64,000 bases of DNA from Hyaloraphidium curvatum SAG 235-1 (lineage: Eukaryota; Fungi; Monoblepharomycota): NCBI GenBank assembly GCA_025558095.1, contig JAIVFI010000026.1:248001-312000 (forward strand), read 5' to 3'. Below, one piece after another: positions 21,377 to 31,790 of the stretch; position 1 is the first letter of the stretch; every line of letters starts with the position of its first letter. The notes below the pieces were generated by a model that did not search any database, was not told the DNA's origin, and worked only from the letters and a program-made list of their open reading frames with translations. Both the position numbers and the translations under genes were made by a program.

Positions 21377-22935
21377 TTAAGACCTCCTCGCCCGCTTCCT
21401 GGGCTCGGCATCGCGATCCCGCCCTCCGTCGCCCGCCCCGACCTTGACGCTCTTCTCCCGGATCCGCTTGCTCCTCCGCACCCCGTCGCTCTTGGCCTCC
21501 TCCTCGATCTCCGCGAGAGCCTCCTCCGCGGCCTTGAGCATCGCCAACGCCTCCTCGCGCTTCTTGAGGGCCTCCTCGCGCGCGACGCCCCGGGCCGCTT
21601 CCTCGGCGCGCTTGATGACGAGCGAAACCGGGTCGTCCAGGCCGAACTTGAAGCTCCGGACCACGCCATCGCCGATCTCGATCTCCAGGGTTCCCTTGGG
21701 CGCCGAACCCGAGGGCTGGTAGCCGCGCATGCCGGAGGAGACGTGGAGCATCCCGCCCCGGAGGCGCAGGACTAGGTGGATGGTGGATTCGATGCGCACG
21801 TCGTAATCCGCGAGCGCGCGTCCATCCTCGAACTGCCTGCCAGCGAAGATGAGGCGCTGCTGGTCGGAAGGGATGCCTTCCTTGTCCAGGATCTTGGTCT
21901 GTGCAATCAAACGGCAGCCAATACTCAGGACGCATGACTGAGTCGATCACGGCCAGCCGCTTCTTACCTTCAGCTCGTCGATTGTAAGGGACGGTCTGGC
22001 TTCAATCGTAATCGTCTTTCCGGTCAAGGTCTTGACGAAGATCTGGTAGTTCTGCAACGTGTCCACTCGCACAATAGTGGAGGCCGAGATTCCGGCATCC
22101 CCCAAAGTCGAGCTACCGTAATGCATTCTGTCGGTCAGTTCCGGCCCGTCGAACCAAATGGCGCTGGGGAATTGACCTTCATTCCGATCAGTGAGGCACG
22201 AAGTGAAAGCGAGTGCACCAACTCACCACTTAGGTTCTCAACGAGAGCGTAGACGTCCTTGAGCAGAAGGTTCGGAGACACCAGCAGAATCCGCTCCTCG
22301 GACCACGAGGGTCTCCTTCCGTAGCCCACGTCCTCGCCGAGGGTGACGCGTAGCGGGAAGGAGTCCGCCAGCACGAGCTTCTTCTTGATATCGGTGCACT
22401 GCCGCCTGATTCTGACGCTCCGGGGCTCAGGCTGCGTGCGTGGAACGTTGGGAATGTCGTAAACCTTCTCGAGCCGAAGCTCAAGGGGCATTCCAAGCGC
22501 GACAGAGGCATTCATGAGCCCGGCCGAGATGTTCTCCACAATAATGTTGTGCCAGTCGCGGTCCAAGAGCATTACCAGGTGTACGCTGTCGCCGTCTCCC
22601 GTGACCAGCTTGAAAATGTCAAAAGCAGGCAAGCTCCGCGATTAAGGGACGCCCACCTTGAGCGAACCAGAGAAGCCACCAGCCAGCTTGTCGATGGGCA
22701 CCGTTGGGCTTCCGCCCGCCGCGTAGAAGTACGAACCCAGCGGCTTGATGGGGTCGAGGTAGAGGAACGGGGCGTGCACGGCCGTGGGCGGATCCCGAAG
22801 AGCGATGCCGGGGAATGCGCGGCGGAAGGCCTGGACGGCGGCTTCCACCACCTCCTTCGCCGAACCTCGTTTTCCAATAGGAAAGGTGAACTTCGGCTCC
22901 CCATCGAGCAGCAACTGCAGCTTCGTGGCCGCCAT
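21377..22935 (-). CDS. Multi-ubiquitin-like-domain fusion protein, copy 3
   Basis: [12 protein letters not shown]...[13 protein letters not shown]; [16 protein letters not shown]; [26 protein letters not shown]...HLVLRLRGG followed by [13 protein letters not shown]; tail ends PRKRARRS. Confidence 0.85.
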
Positions 22936-23050
22936 CGTTGCCAGCAACCGATGACTTGCCCGTCGGCGGTGGATAATCCCTTGATCCCCCATCGCCTTGC
23001 CAACTCCGCAAATCGGCTCGGCCGGCGCGCCCGGCGCTCGGCGGACCGCG

Positions 23051-24796
23051 ATGCGCTCGCGCAGCGCCCGCGCCATGTTTCTCTGCGCGGCGCTCTGGGC
23101 GGCGGCGGCCGTCGGCGACTGCGCGCAGTTTGCGGTGCCCGCTGCGCTCCACCCGATTCGGGACGCCGCCGGCGACGCCGGCTGCGACGCGCTGGACCTG
23201 ATCGTCGACGTGGTGACCGTCACGCGCACGACAACCGTGTGGCCGTCGCCGTTGCCCGCCAGCAGGCCCGCCCGGCCGACCGAGGCATCGGCCTGGTGGC
23301 CCCTGTTTGGCGGCCGACCTGTCAACCCGGAAGCGGGCGAATCTGAGCACCACGAGACCATCGATGGCCCTGATGAGCTCTATGAGGACGATTCCGAACA
23401 GGACTGGGCCGGCGACGCGCTACTGTCGGCATCTGTTAATGGCTCGGCCGACCACCACCTCCTCGAACGGACATGGTGAGTTGCTCGCCTTTTTTCGACG
23501 CGATTTGCCTGAATTCTCATTGTTCGACTCCCCTGCAGGTGCAAGCGCACCAATGGCTGCGGAATAGTCTGCGACGCTTCCGGCTACCGCCGCCGGCGCC
23601 GCACGAACGGCGGCGGCACGTGCTGCAGCCAGCGCACCAGCTCCACCACGATCACCAGCACCTCCGAGATCCGCACCACATCCACCGAGGTCACCGTGAT
23701 CACCTTCACTTCTACCTCGGTCGAGGTAACCTTCGAGGTCCAGGTCACCCTGACCACGGGCCTGGACCAGCCGACGGGCTCCATCTGCGTGCCCGTGACG
23801 GACGTGTACACGCCGGGGACCACGACCTTCACCGACTGCCCGACACCCGGGACGCAGACCATGTGCCTGGTGCAGGCCACGCAGACGTCGGTCTCGGACA
23901 GCTGCAGCGTGGCTGCTACGGTGTCGTCCTGCTGGAATCCCCGTTCCAGCGGCGACGGGCCCGTGTTCTTTACCACGACGACCTTGACGTCGGTGACGGC
24001 AACGGTCACGACGGTGGTTTCCCAGACCAACTCGGCCGTCGTCACCGTTACGGTTGGTTGATGGGGACATTGTCTCGTTTGGTTGCTGACCACCTTGGCT
24101 TGATCCAGTGCACTCCCACGACGCGAACCAACACCGCCACCATATCCGCCACGCCTCGCACATCCACATCCGTCACCACCCGGACGGATCTTACCGTGTG
24201 TTTTGCCCTTGCTTCCCCCATCATTGATCGTTTGACGTTCGCTCCATCACCAGTCGACGACTCTGATCTCCACGAGCACCGGGCCGACCTCCACCTCCCA
24301 GAGCTCGTCAACTTCCGTTAGCCAGACGAGCTCGACGTCCCAGAGCTCCACCACCAGCATCTCCCAGACCTCCTCGACCTCGGTCACCCCGAGCACCTCG
24401 ACCTCGCAGACCTCGAGCACCAGCCAGTCTGCGACCAGCTCCACCTCGCAGACATCCTCGACCTCCGTCACCCCGACGAGCTCCACCACCCAGAGCTCGA
24501 GCACCAGCGTTTCGCAGACCAGCTCGACCCCGCAGACGTCGACCAGCTCGACCCCGCAGACGTCGACGACCAGCCTCTCCGCAACGAGCTCGGCGTCCGC
24601 GACGCGGACCACGAGCAGCCTCTCCGCGACGGCCTCGCAGACCGCCACGACGAGCTCAGCGTCGCAGACGAGCAGCACCTCGGCGAGCGAGACCAGCTCG
24701 ACGTCCGCGACGAGCTCCACGTCGGAGAGCAGGACGAGCTCGACGTCCCTGACGAGCTCGACGTCTGTGACGCGGAGCTCCACGACGACGACGTGA
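23051..24796 (+). CDS. Secreted Cys-containing, Ser/Thr-rich mucin-like protein, four exons
   Basis: Signal-peptide-like MFLCAALWAAAAVG; in-frame GT-AG introns (~23475-23538, ~24054-24108, ~24196-24253); Cys-rich segment WCKRTNGCGIVCD...TCCSQ; long TSST/SQTS low-complexity tail ending TTTT-TGA. Confidence 0.8.
24280..24793 (+). repeat. Coding low-complexity Ser/Thr repeats (acgagctcgacg-like units)
   Basis: Recurrent cagacc/acgagctcgac motifs encoding TSSTSQ-type repeats. Confidence 0.75.
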
Positions 24797-24899
24797 TCGG
24801 AGCGGACAGGGATAGGGCGGTGCGGCGTTGGATGCGGGCAGGCGCTGAGGGGAGCGCAGATCGAGAGGACCACGCCTTGGGTATGTAGTGGACTTTACA

Positions 24900-24989
24900 T
24901 CTTGATATCGTGCTATGTCGAGTGGAGCTCCGCGCCGTTGTCGTTGTTGCCCGCCTCTTCTCCCGTCTTGATATCGTGCTACTGTCGAG
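24900..24989 (+). repeat. Two-copy ~23-nt direct repeat
   Basis: tcttgatatcgtgctatgtcgag at 24900-24922 and tcttgatatcgtgctactgtcgag at 24966-24989. Confidence 0.8.
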
Positions 24990-26188
24990 CACTCGCAGCT
25001 TCCGAGAGCGACGACGGCGCTCTCGGCCGGGGCACGGGAACCTGAGGCTTCCTGCCGCCGCCGATTCCTGAGGTGTTGACCGGGGTCCGCTCCAGGAGCC
25101 GCGGCGGGTTGGCCGCCCGAGGTGCTGGGGTTGCGATCGGAGCTGAGCGGGCCCACAAGTTGAGACTCCGTCGGGACGATCCACACCAGCGACTCACTCT
25201 GATGAATCACCTCTTTCTCCTGCGCTCCGAGCACGCCAGCGCCGCGGCGGTCGCGTGGGCGCAGCACGGCGCCCTTGGTTCGAAGCAAAGCGGGCAATGA
25301 ACATGCTTCAGAGTCACTTTTCCGGAGCCCGAAACCTCCCACGCGATGACCACGCCGTCCGCTGCGCAATCGTTCCCGGGACGCGCGGCACGTTCAAGGT
25401 CGCCAAGCTCGACCCCGGCAGGGAAGCGCGATCGATCTCCACGGCGTCGGGGACGGCGTAGGGAGCCAGGCCGATTGCACGCTCACTGCTTCCGGGCGCG
25501 CAGAAGATCGAGAGCACCCAGGATTCGGGAAAGAGTGGCACGGCGCGGAGCGGCGAGCGGGAGGCGGCGGGGCTTCTGGCGCGCGATGAGCCGGTTCGGG
25601 CGCCGAGGGACGGCAGCAGAGTTTGGGCATCGCATGGAGGCGCGCTGCGAGGTAGGCCGTCCGGAGCCGGTCCGGTGACGAGCCTCTTGCCGGGAGGTGG
25701 GGTGCCCGGGGCCGAGTCATCGTTCACCGCGGCGCTGCGGGCCTCGTCGGACGACATCTCGACCCGGCCCGCGTCAGAATGCCTCTGCTTCCGCCCGTGC
25801 GGCCACGAAGAAGATATGAGCGCGTCGGGAGGGGCAGCGGATCGGGGTTGCGGCTCGGAGAGCTGGGTCGCTGCTGACTTCCGCGGCGCGGTGGCGCCTG
25901 ACGTGTCGCCGAAGCGGGAGCTTTCGCCCGATTTTGAGGTTGATTCCATGATTCACTGCGTGCACCAGAATTGGTCTCGGATTGGGAAGGGTCTCAAATG
26001 GGACCGTCGCGGTGGAAGAGACCCTGATCGGACGACAACAAAGCAGGCAGGCAGGAAGAAGTGACGTGCTATCAATGATTTATCTGTCGCATACAGCGAG
26101 ATGGAGACTGACTAGCTAGCTAGATGGGTGACTTTGCTGCTCACGCGAGCTTCGAGAGAGACTCCGGATCGAACTCACGCCTTCGCCT

Positions 26189-27500
26189 TCAGGCCTTGGT
26201 CGGAGTGGTGCAGTCCGGCCCTCCCCACCCGACGGTGCAGACGCACTTCCCCTCCACGCACTTTCCCGTGGCCCAATAGACGCCTTCGCCGCACCCGGGG
26301 GGGCAGACCTTGACCGGGGGCGGGGGCGGGGGGAAGACGACGGGGATCAGGACGACGCGGAACCACTGAACGGTAAGCCGGTCAGCGTCTGGAGAAGGCG
26401 GAGAGCGAAAAGCAAACCTTGTGCGGCTTGACGAGGAAAACGAAGATGTCGCCGTTGGGGCAGATGTAGACGTAAGCGCCGAGCTCCTTGAGGTACGGCA
26501 GCTCGATGATCTGCGGGGCGATCACGGTCAGCGCGAAGTCGGACACGATTGCCAGGCGGACCACCCCACCTTCTGCTCCTTCCCGTGCTCGAAATACCAA
26601 AAGCCATCCTCCTCCTTGGTGGAATTGTCGTCATGCTGGTAAAGCGGCAGCTCGCAGGTGGCAGGCAGGCAGGGCGGGGGCACGCCGGCGGTCTGCGTGG
26701 CGGTGGCGGTGACGACGGCGGTCTGGGTCACGTAAACGACGTCGGTCTTCTTGGGTGGGGGAGGGGCCTTGCCGTCGCGGCGGAGGTAATCTGCGGGGGA
26801 GTAGGCGCTAAGCCTGAGAAGGAAGGAGGAAGGAAAGAGACCCACGGTGGTCGTCCTTCTTGGCGGGCGGCTCGGGGATCGGGCAGACTTCGATGAGATC
26901 AATCAGGAGCCACTGCGCGGAAGGAGGGCAGGATCAGCCTGCGGTCGCGAGGGGGCAGCTGCGAGCGTCGCCACCTCGTGGAGCTTCTTGTTGAAGACAA
27001 GATAGACGCCGTCGCACTTGTAGATGAAACCGAATCCGGGGTAGTAAGGGAGCTCGATGATCTGGTGCGACGGCGGGAAAAGTCAGATCTGGCGCAGACA
27101 GCGTGCCGGCGCGGAGACCCACCACCTCCTTGTCCTTCTTCCCGTCGGACGGCAGGATCCAGTAGCCCTTGCCGTCGCCCTTCTTGCCGTCCTTGTGCTC
27201 GCCGTGCTTCCAGATCGGGATGCTGCAGTTCCATTTGAAGGGCACCGAGGTCGGCAGCAGGGTGGAGGTGGCCGTAACAGTGGCTTTCGCGGTCGAGGTG
27301 ACAACGACGGTCTTGGTGACGGGGACCTTCTTGTAGCCGTCGTCGTGGTGCTTGGGCGGGTGGCCGTCGTCCTTCTTGGGTGGGTGCGGGGGCTCCGGCG
27401 GGTGGTCTTCCTTCTTGTCGGCCGGGTAGGCGACGGCGAGGGCGAGGAGGGCGGCGAGGGCGGCGAACAGCAGCGCGAGGCGGGCGGCGAGGCGGGCCAT
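26189..27500 (-). CDS. Secreted protein with a duplicated unknown domain and C-terminal EGF-like motif, multi-exon
   Basis: Signal peptide MARLAARLALLFAALAALLALAVA; two copies of VT.T...C.LP...G.W/Y...IIELPY...Y.Y.C.G..VF..K.H.W; C-terminal CPPGCGEG...GKCVEGKCVCTVGWGGPDC. Confidence 0.8.
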
Positions 27501-27556
27501 CGTGCGGTCGTTGGTCGTGCGAGTGATGGAGGGGCGGGGCGTCGCTGTGCGGATCG

Positions 27557-27566
27557 CTTCTTATAC
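27557..27566 (-). promoter_or_regulatory. TATA-like element upstream of the secreted protein gene
   Basis: TATAAGAAG on the minus strand about 60 nt upstream of ATG 27500, within GC-rich sequence. Confidence 0.35.
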
Positions 27567-27824
27567 CCGTGGCACGAATCCGTCGCGCCGCGTGGTGCTG
27601 GTGCGACGGACCCGTGCGGCAGCGCCTGGGTGCGGCACCCCAACTCCGCCGTGCTACCGATGCCTCTTTGGCTCTCTTGGATCGACTTTAGGCTGTAATC
27701 AATGCCTGATGGTGCGGCATCCGCTCAATAGAGGCCCCGAGATTCGAAGTCTGTTTGTGCTCGGCGAGCCCGGCCCCTCATGCCTCTCCGCCCTGTCCCT
27801 GTCGGCCGCCACGCAACGGCCGCG

Positions 27825-28850
27825 ATGATGCGAGCCTTCCGGCGGCCCGCCATCCCGCATTTCCGCACGGTGCCCTCTGCGCCCGCGGGCCGCGCGCGCC
27901 CTGCCGCCCGCGCGTTCTCCACCGCCGCGTCCGCTCGGCCCGCCCTCCGCGGCTTCGCGCTCGCCGGCGTCGTCGGCCTCGCGGCGCTCGCCTTCTTCCC
28001 GCAAAAGGCGCGCGCCGAGGCGCCGGAGAGGCGGAGGCCCGCGCTGCCCGCCCCCGCGGACTATGCAGAGATCGGGGCGCGCCTCGGCTCGGACGTGGAG
28101 CGCGAGTACGGCAAGAAGGTGCCCGACACCTGGGCATACTACGTCGGTGGGAACACCGGGCTGCAATATGGTCGGCGACATCATCTGACGTCGAAGGCCG
28201 CGTTTGCAGTGGAAAAGACGACGAACCGGCCGATCCCGGTGTCGCTGACCACCCCCGACGGGGAGCGCTTCTCGCTGGTCGGCTACGGCGCCAAACGCGT
28301 GACTTTCCTCGCAGTGGCCGTCTATGCCTTTGCCATCTACGCGTCCGAGGACTCGCTGCGTGGTTGGAAGGAGCTCTCGCGTGTCGAGGGCCCGGAATCG
28401 GTCGACGATGCCGCGGTGCGCGGTCTGCTTGCCGGCGAGGTCGCCGTCCGGATAGGTGGGCCACTTCTTGCCCGTTCTGTCTCCTCATCTCACCACCGCG
28501 CGTTCCAAGAACCCGTCCGGAGCACCACCGGCTCGCACCTCTTTGGCGCCCTCCAGCGACACCTCCTCCCCACCTTCCCCTCTCCCCTCCCCCCCGCGAT
28601 CCAATCCGCCCTCTCCCAGTTTTCCTCCCTGTTCCCCCGCCTGCTCCCGGAGGGCTCGGAGCTGGTGATGGCCGCGCGCGGCGGGGAGCTCCGGATGTCG
28701 GTGGACGGGCGGGCGGTGGGGAGCGTCAAGAGCGAGGAGGTGGCGGACGGGGTGATGTGGGGGTATTTGAAGCGGGAGGGGGCCAACGTGAAGGATGCGA
28801 GGGAGTCGATGGGGGACGTGGTGGCGTGGATCGCGGGGAGGGCGAAGTGA
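27825..28850 (+). CDS. Mitochondrial chalcone-isomerase-fold protein (Aim18/Aim46-like)
   Basis: Arg/Ala-rich presequence (RAFSTAAS) plus a TM segment; FSLVGYGAKRVTFLAVAVYAFAIY; VRI|EPVRSTTGSHL; two in-frame introns. Confidence 0.8.
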   Translation: MMRAFRRPAIPHFRTVPSAPAGRARPAARAFSTAASARPALRGFALAGVVGLAALAFFPQKARAEAPERRRPALPAPADYAEIGARLGSDVEREYGKKVPDTWAYYVGGNTGLQYGRRHHLTSKAAFAVEKTTNRPIPVSLTTPDGERFSLVGYGAKRVTFLAVAVYAFAIYASEDSLRGWKELSRVEGPESVDDAAVRGLLAGEVAVRIGGPLLARSVSSSHHRAFQEPVRSTTGSHLFGALQRHLLPTFPSPLPPAIQSALSQFSSLFPRLLPEGSELVMAARGGELRMSVDGRAVGSVKSEEVADGVMWGYLKREGANVKDARESMGDVVAWIAGRAK

Positions 28851-28995
28851 GGCGAGCCCGTCGCGGCCCAGGATCTTCAACACGATCTCGTGGCAATTTC
28901 GTTGGCCGACCGAGGTACCGTCCCATTGGCGCGCTTCAAACCCTTCCGATCCTCATAGGAACAAGATCGACATCTAAACTACAAAGCACACAAGT

Positions 28996-31449
28996 CTATG
29001 ACGAAAGCCTCTTGCCGGCCCTGGACCGGTCCCCGTCGGCCTGCTTGGCGAACGAGACCGAGGGCGAGGTCGACCGCTTGGGCTTGGGCGTCGGCGGGAC
29101 GAGGGCCTCGGCGACGGCCTGCGGGGACGCGGCGCGCTTCCTCCTGTCGATCTGACAGACGGGGCACAGTCAGCTTCCTCCACAACCAGAAGCGTCGCCT
29201 CGACTCACCCTCGCACGCGCCTTCTTGAGCAGCTCCTCCCTTGACAGCAACCTCGCCGCCCCTTCTTCCTCCTCCTCCAACCCCGGTGCGTCCCAATCCT
29301 CCCTCGTCACCGAAGGCGTCTCGAACGGCACCCAACCGCCCCTCTTCTCCCCCTCGCCCTGCTTCTCCCTCGCCGGCGTCGCCGCCCTCGACCCCTTGCT
29401 GCTGACCCTCCCCATCGCCTCCTCCGCATGCCCTTCCTCCGCGGCCCCGGTCCGGGGCGGCGACGACCCGATCCCGAAGAACGCCGAGCTCCTCCTCCTC
29501 CCCCTCGGATGCCCCCCTTCCCCGCCCTCGGCCGCCGACGACGTCCCCGGCCTGCTTCCCCCCCTCCCGTACCCCGCCGTCCCCGGCCTGCTCCCCACCC
29601 CACCCGCGCCGGGCGCGGGCGGCACCGGCGCCCCAATCAACCTCTCCTTGAGCGCCAGCAGCTCCAGCGCCTTCTCCTCCGCGAAGCGGAGCACGTCCAT
29701 CGCTGCCTCTGGGGTGGAAGCGAGCTGCAGCGCCGCGGGGGGGACGAACCGCACGCGCGCGGGGACGATGGGGGGGAGGGAGGAGAGCTTGGTGCAGAGG
29801 GCGCGGCAGGCGGAGAGGAAGGAGGAGAGGGAGTCGCGGTGCAGGGAGAGCTGGGATTGGAGGTGCTCGGTACGGGAGGTGGTGGATGCGAGTGCGCGCT
29901 GCGGGACGGTGAGTCGGCATGCGTTCGGGGCGGCAGGCTGTCGGGCTGAACCAACCTGAAGGCGATCGCGGCGTTCGTCCTCGCCCTCCTGCTTGATCCG
30001 CCTCTTCTTGTCGGCCTCGTCGATCTCGGCGCGCATGGCGGCGAGCTTGGCGCGGTGGCCCGCAGCCTGCATCCCCAGCTCGTTGACGTAGCCGAACAGG
30101 CTGTACCCACGGTGCTCCAGCTGCACGAACCGCGCGACGAGCTGCTTCGGGTCGCCGAGATCGCCTTGCCCGCTGGCACCGGCGTCCTCCCACGCGGCCA
30201 CCATCTCCTTCAGCTCGTCGAGTGCCTCGGTGTAGACCTCGACCGTCTCGCGCGGCGTGCGGGCGACCAGCATGGCCGGGATAGACCCGCTCGCGCGCTC
30301 CAGCTCCCTGCGCTCCCGCTCCAGCTCGACCTTCTTCTCGCTGCGCTCGCGCAGCTTCTCGGCCAGGAAGCTCCTCAGCTCCTCGTCGGCCTCCCTGCGC
30401 CTCCTGTTCTCCCTCGCCTCCCTCTCGAACGCCTCCCTCTCCCTCGCCTGCACCTCCCTCAGCCTCAGCAGCTGCACCTGGCTCGCGTCCCTCGCGGCGT
30501 TGGCCGCGTTGGTCGCCTGCACCAGCTCCCCCGAGCGCCGCTTGATCTCCCCCGCCTCGCGCTCGAGCCGCCTCCACGCCTGGGTGTAGGCCACGAGCTC
30601 GTGCCGCACCGAGGTGACCTGCTCGCGCAGGCGGCGGCCGGCGATGAGGAGCTCGTTGTATTTTTCCGTGGCTTTGTCGAGGCGGGATTCGGCGGAGCGG
30701 AGCTGCGAGGCCAGGGCCTGGGATTCGGAGGTGAGGGAGTGGGTGCCCGAGGCGAGCTGGCGGAGCTGGGCCATGCGGGACTGCAGCGAGGAGATGGATT
30801 GGTTGGTCTCGTTGACCGAGGACGTCAGGGTGCTGATTTTGGAGGTGTAGGACGCTGGAAACCGTGGTCAGCTCTGACCGAATCTGAAGTTGGTTCGTCT
30901 GCGGCCGCCCACCGATTTCCCGCTTGACGGTCTCGAAATCCGCCGGCCGGCTTTTGACCTTCATCTTGGTCAGCACCTCGACCTGCCGCTCCAGCTCGGC
31001 GTTCTCGTCCCGCATGGTAGCGATGGCCGACTTTTGCTTGGCGATGGTCTGCGTCGCCGAATCGGCGTACGAGCGCCGCTCGGCTTCCAGGACCTTGTAG
31101 GCCCGCTGGAGGCGCCGGAGCTCTTGCTCCACTGTCCAACAAAAACAAAAAAGGGCGAGAAGTTGCCGTTGGGCGACAGCGTGCCGGGGCTCCGAGTTAG
31201 GCATGGGTTGTTCCCGGGAGAGCTCGGCCGGCACGCACCAGCGCCTCCCCGTCCTTCGACCTCCTCCCCATGCTCCTCCTCGTCAATCCGGTCCACATCC
31301 CTCTCCCGCTCCCGGTAGAGCTCCCTCGCCGCGCTCAGGGCGGTGTCGTCCTTGCTCCTCCTCTCCTTTTTCGGCGACGGCGGCTCGGAGCCCGGCGCCG
31401 AGACCGTGCCCCGCGCCCGGGAAAACAGGGCATGGAGCGCGTTTGGCAT
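28996..31449 (-). CDS. Outer dynein arm docking complex subunit (ODAD1/CCDC114/CCDC63-like), multi-exon
   Basis: ELRRLQRAYKVLEAERRSY, RLDKATEKYNELL...LREQVTSVRHE, LVARFVQLEHRGYSLFGYVNEL; extensive coiled coil. Confidence 0.8.
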
Positions 31450-31790
31450 TCAGTATCTGCGGTCCGTGAGCGGCTTATGGTGGCCCGGTTGCTCAAAACG
31501 TTGGGGCGGGGTCCACCGCCGTTTCTGACGCGAGCTGCCGGATGACCCTTGCAAGCAAAGCGAACCCCGATCGCGCCGGGGATCCAAGGAGCCGGGCGCC
31601 TTTAAGACATCTCAAGAGCCCATGGAACCGGCTCGAGCATCGGTCGGTGGGCCACTGGGCCGGAATTGTGTGCGCTTCTGTCCACGTCCCACCGCGGACG
31701 CGGGGAAGGGAATCTCCGCTGCCGGCGTCGAACCTTCTTCCATTCCGGGTGGGCTACAACAACCAGCAACCACGGTGCCGAGCAGAGAAG

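Noticed and set aside
17933-22935. Ordinary polyubiquitin or ubiquitin-ribosomal fusion
   Set aside because: The units are divergent, internal units lack GG, and the tail is neither eS31 nor eL40.
24247-24873. Minus-strand ORF with VELV repeats
   Set aside because: It is the antisense of the Ser/Thr-rich exon of the plus-strand secreted gene.
24900-24989. Possible mini-CRISPR (repeat-spacer-repeat)
   Set aside because: Only two imperfect copies, a eukaryotic context and no cas genes.
25314-25949. 211-aa minus-strand ORF
   Set aside because: Low complexity, no motif and no convincing codon or splice pattern; left uncalled.
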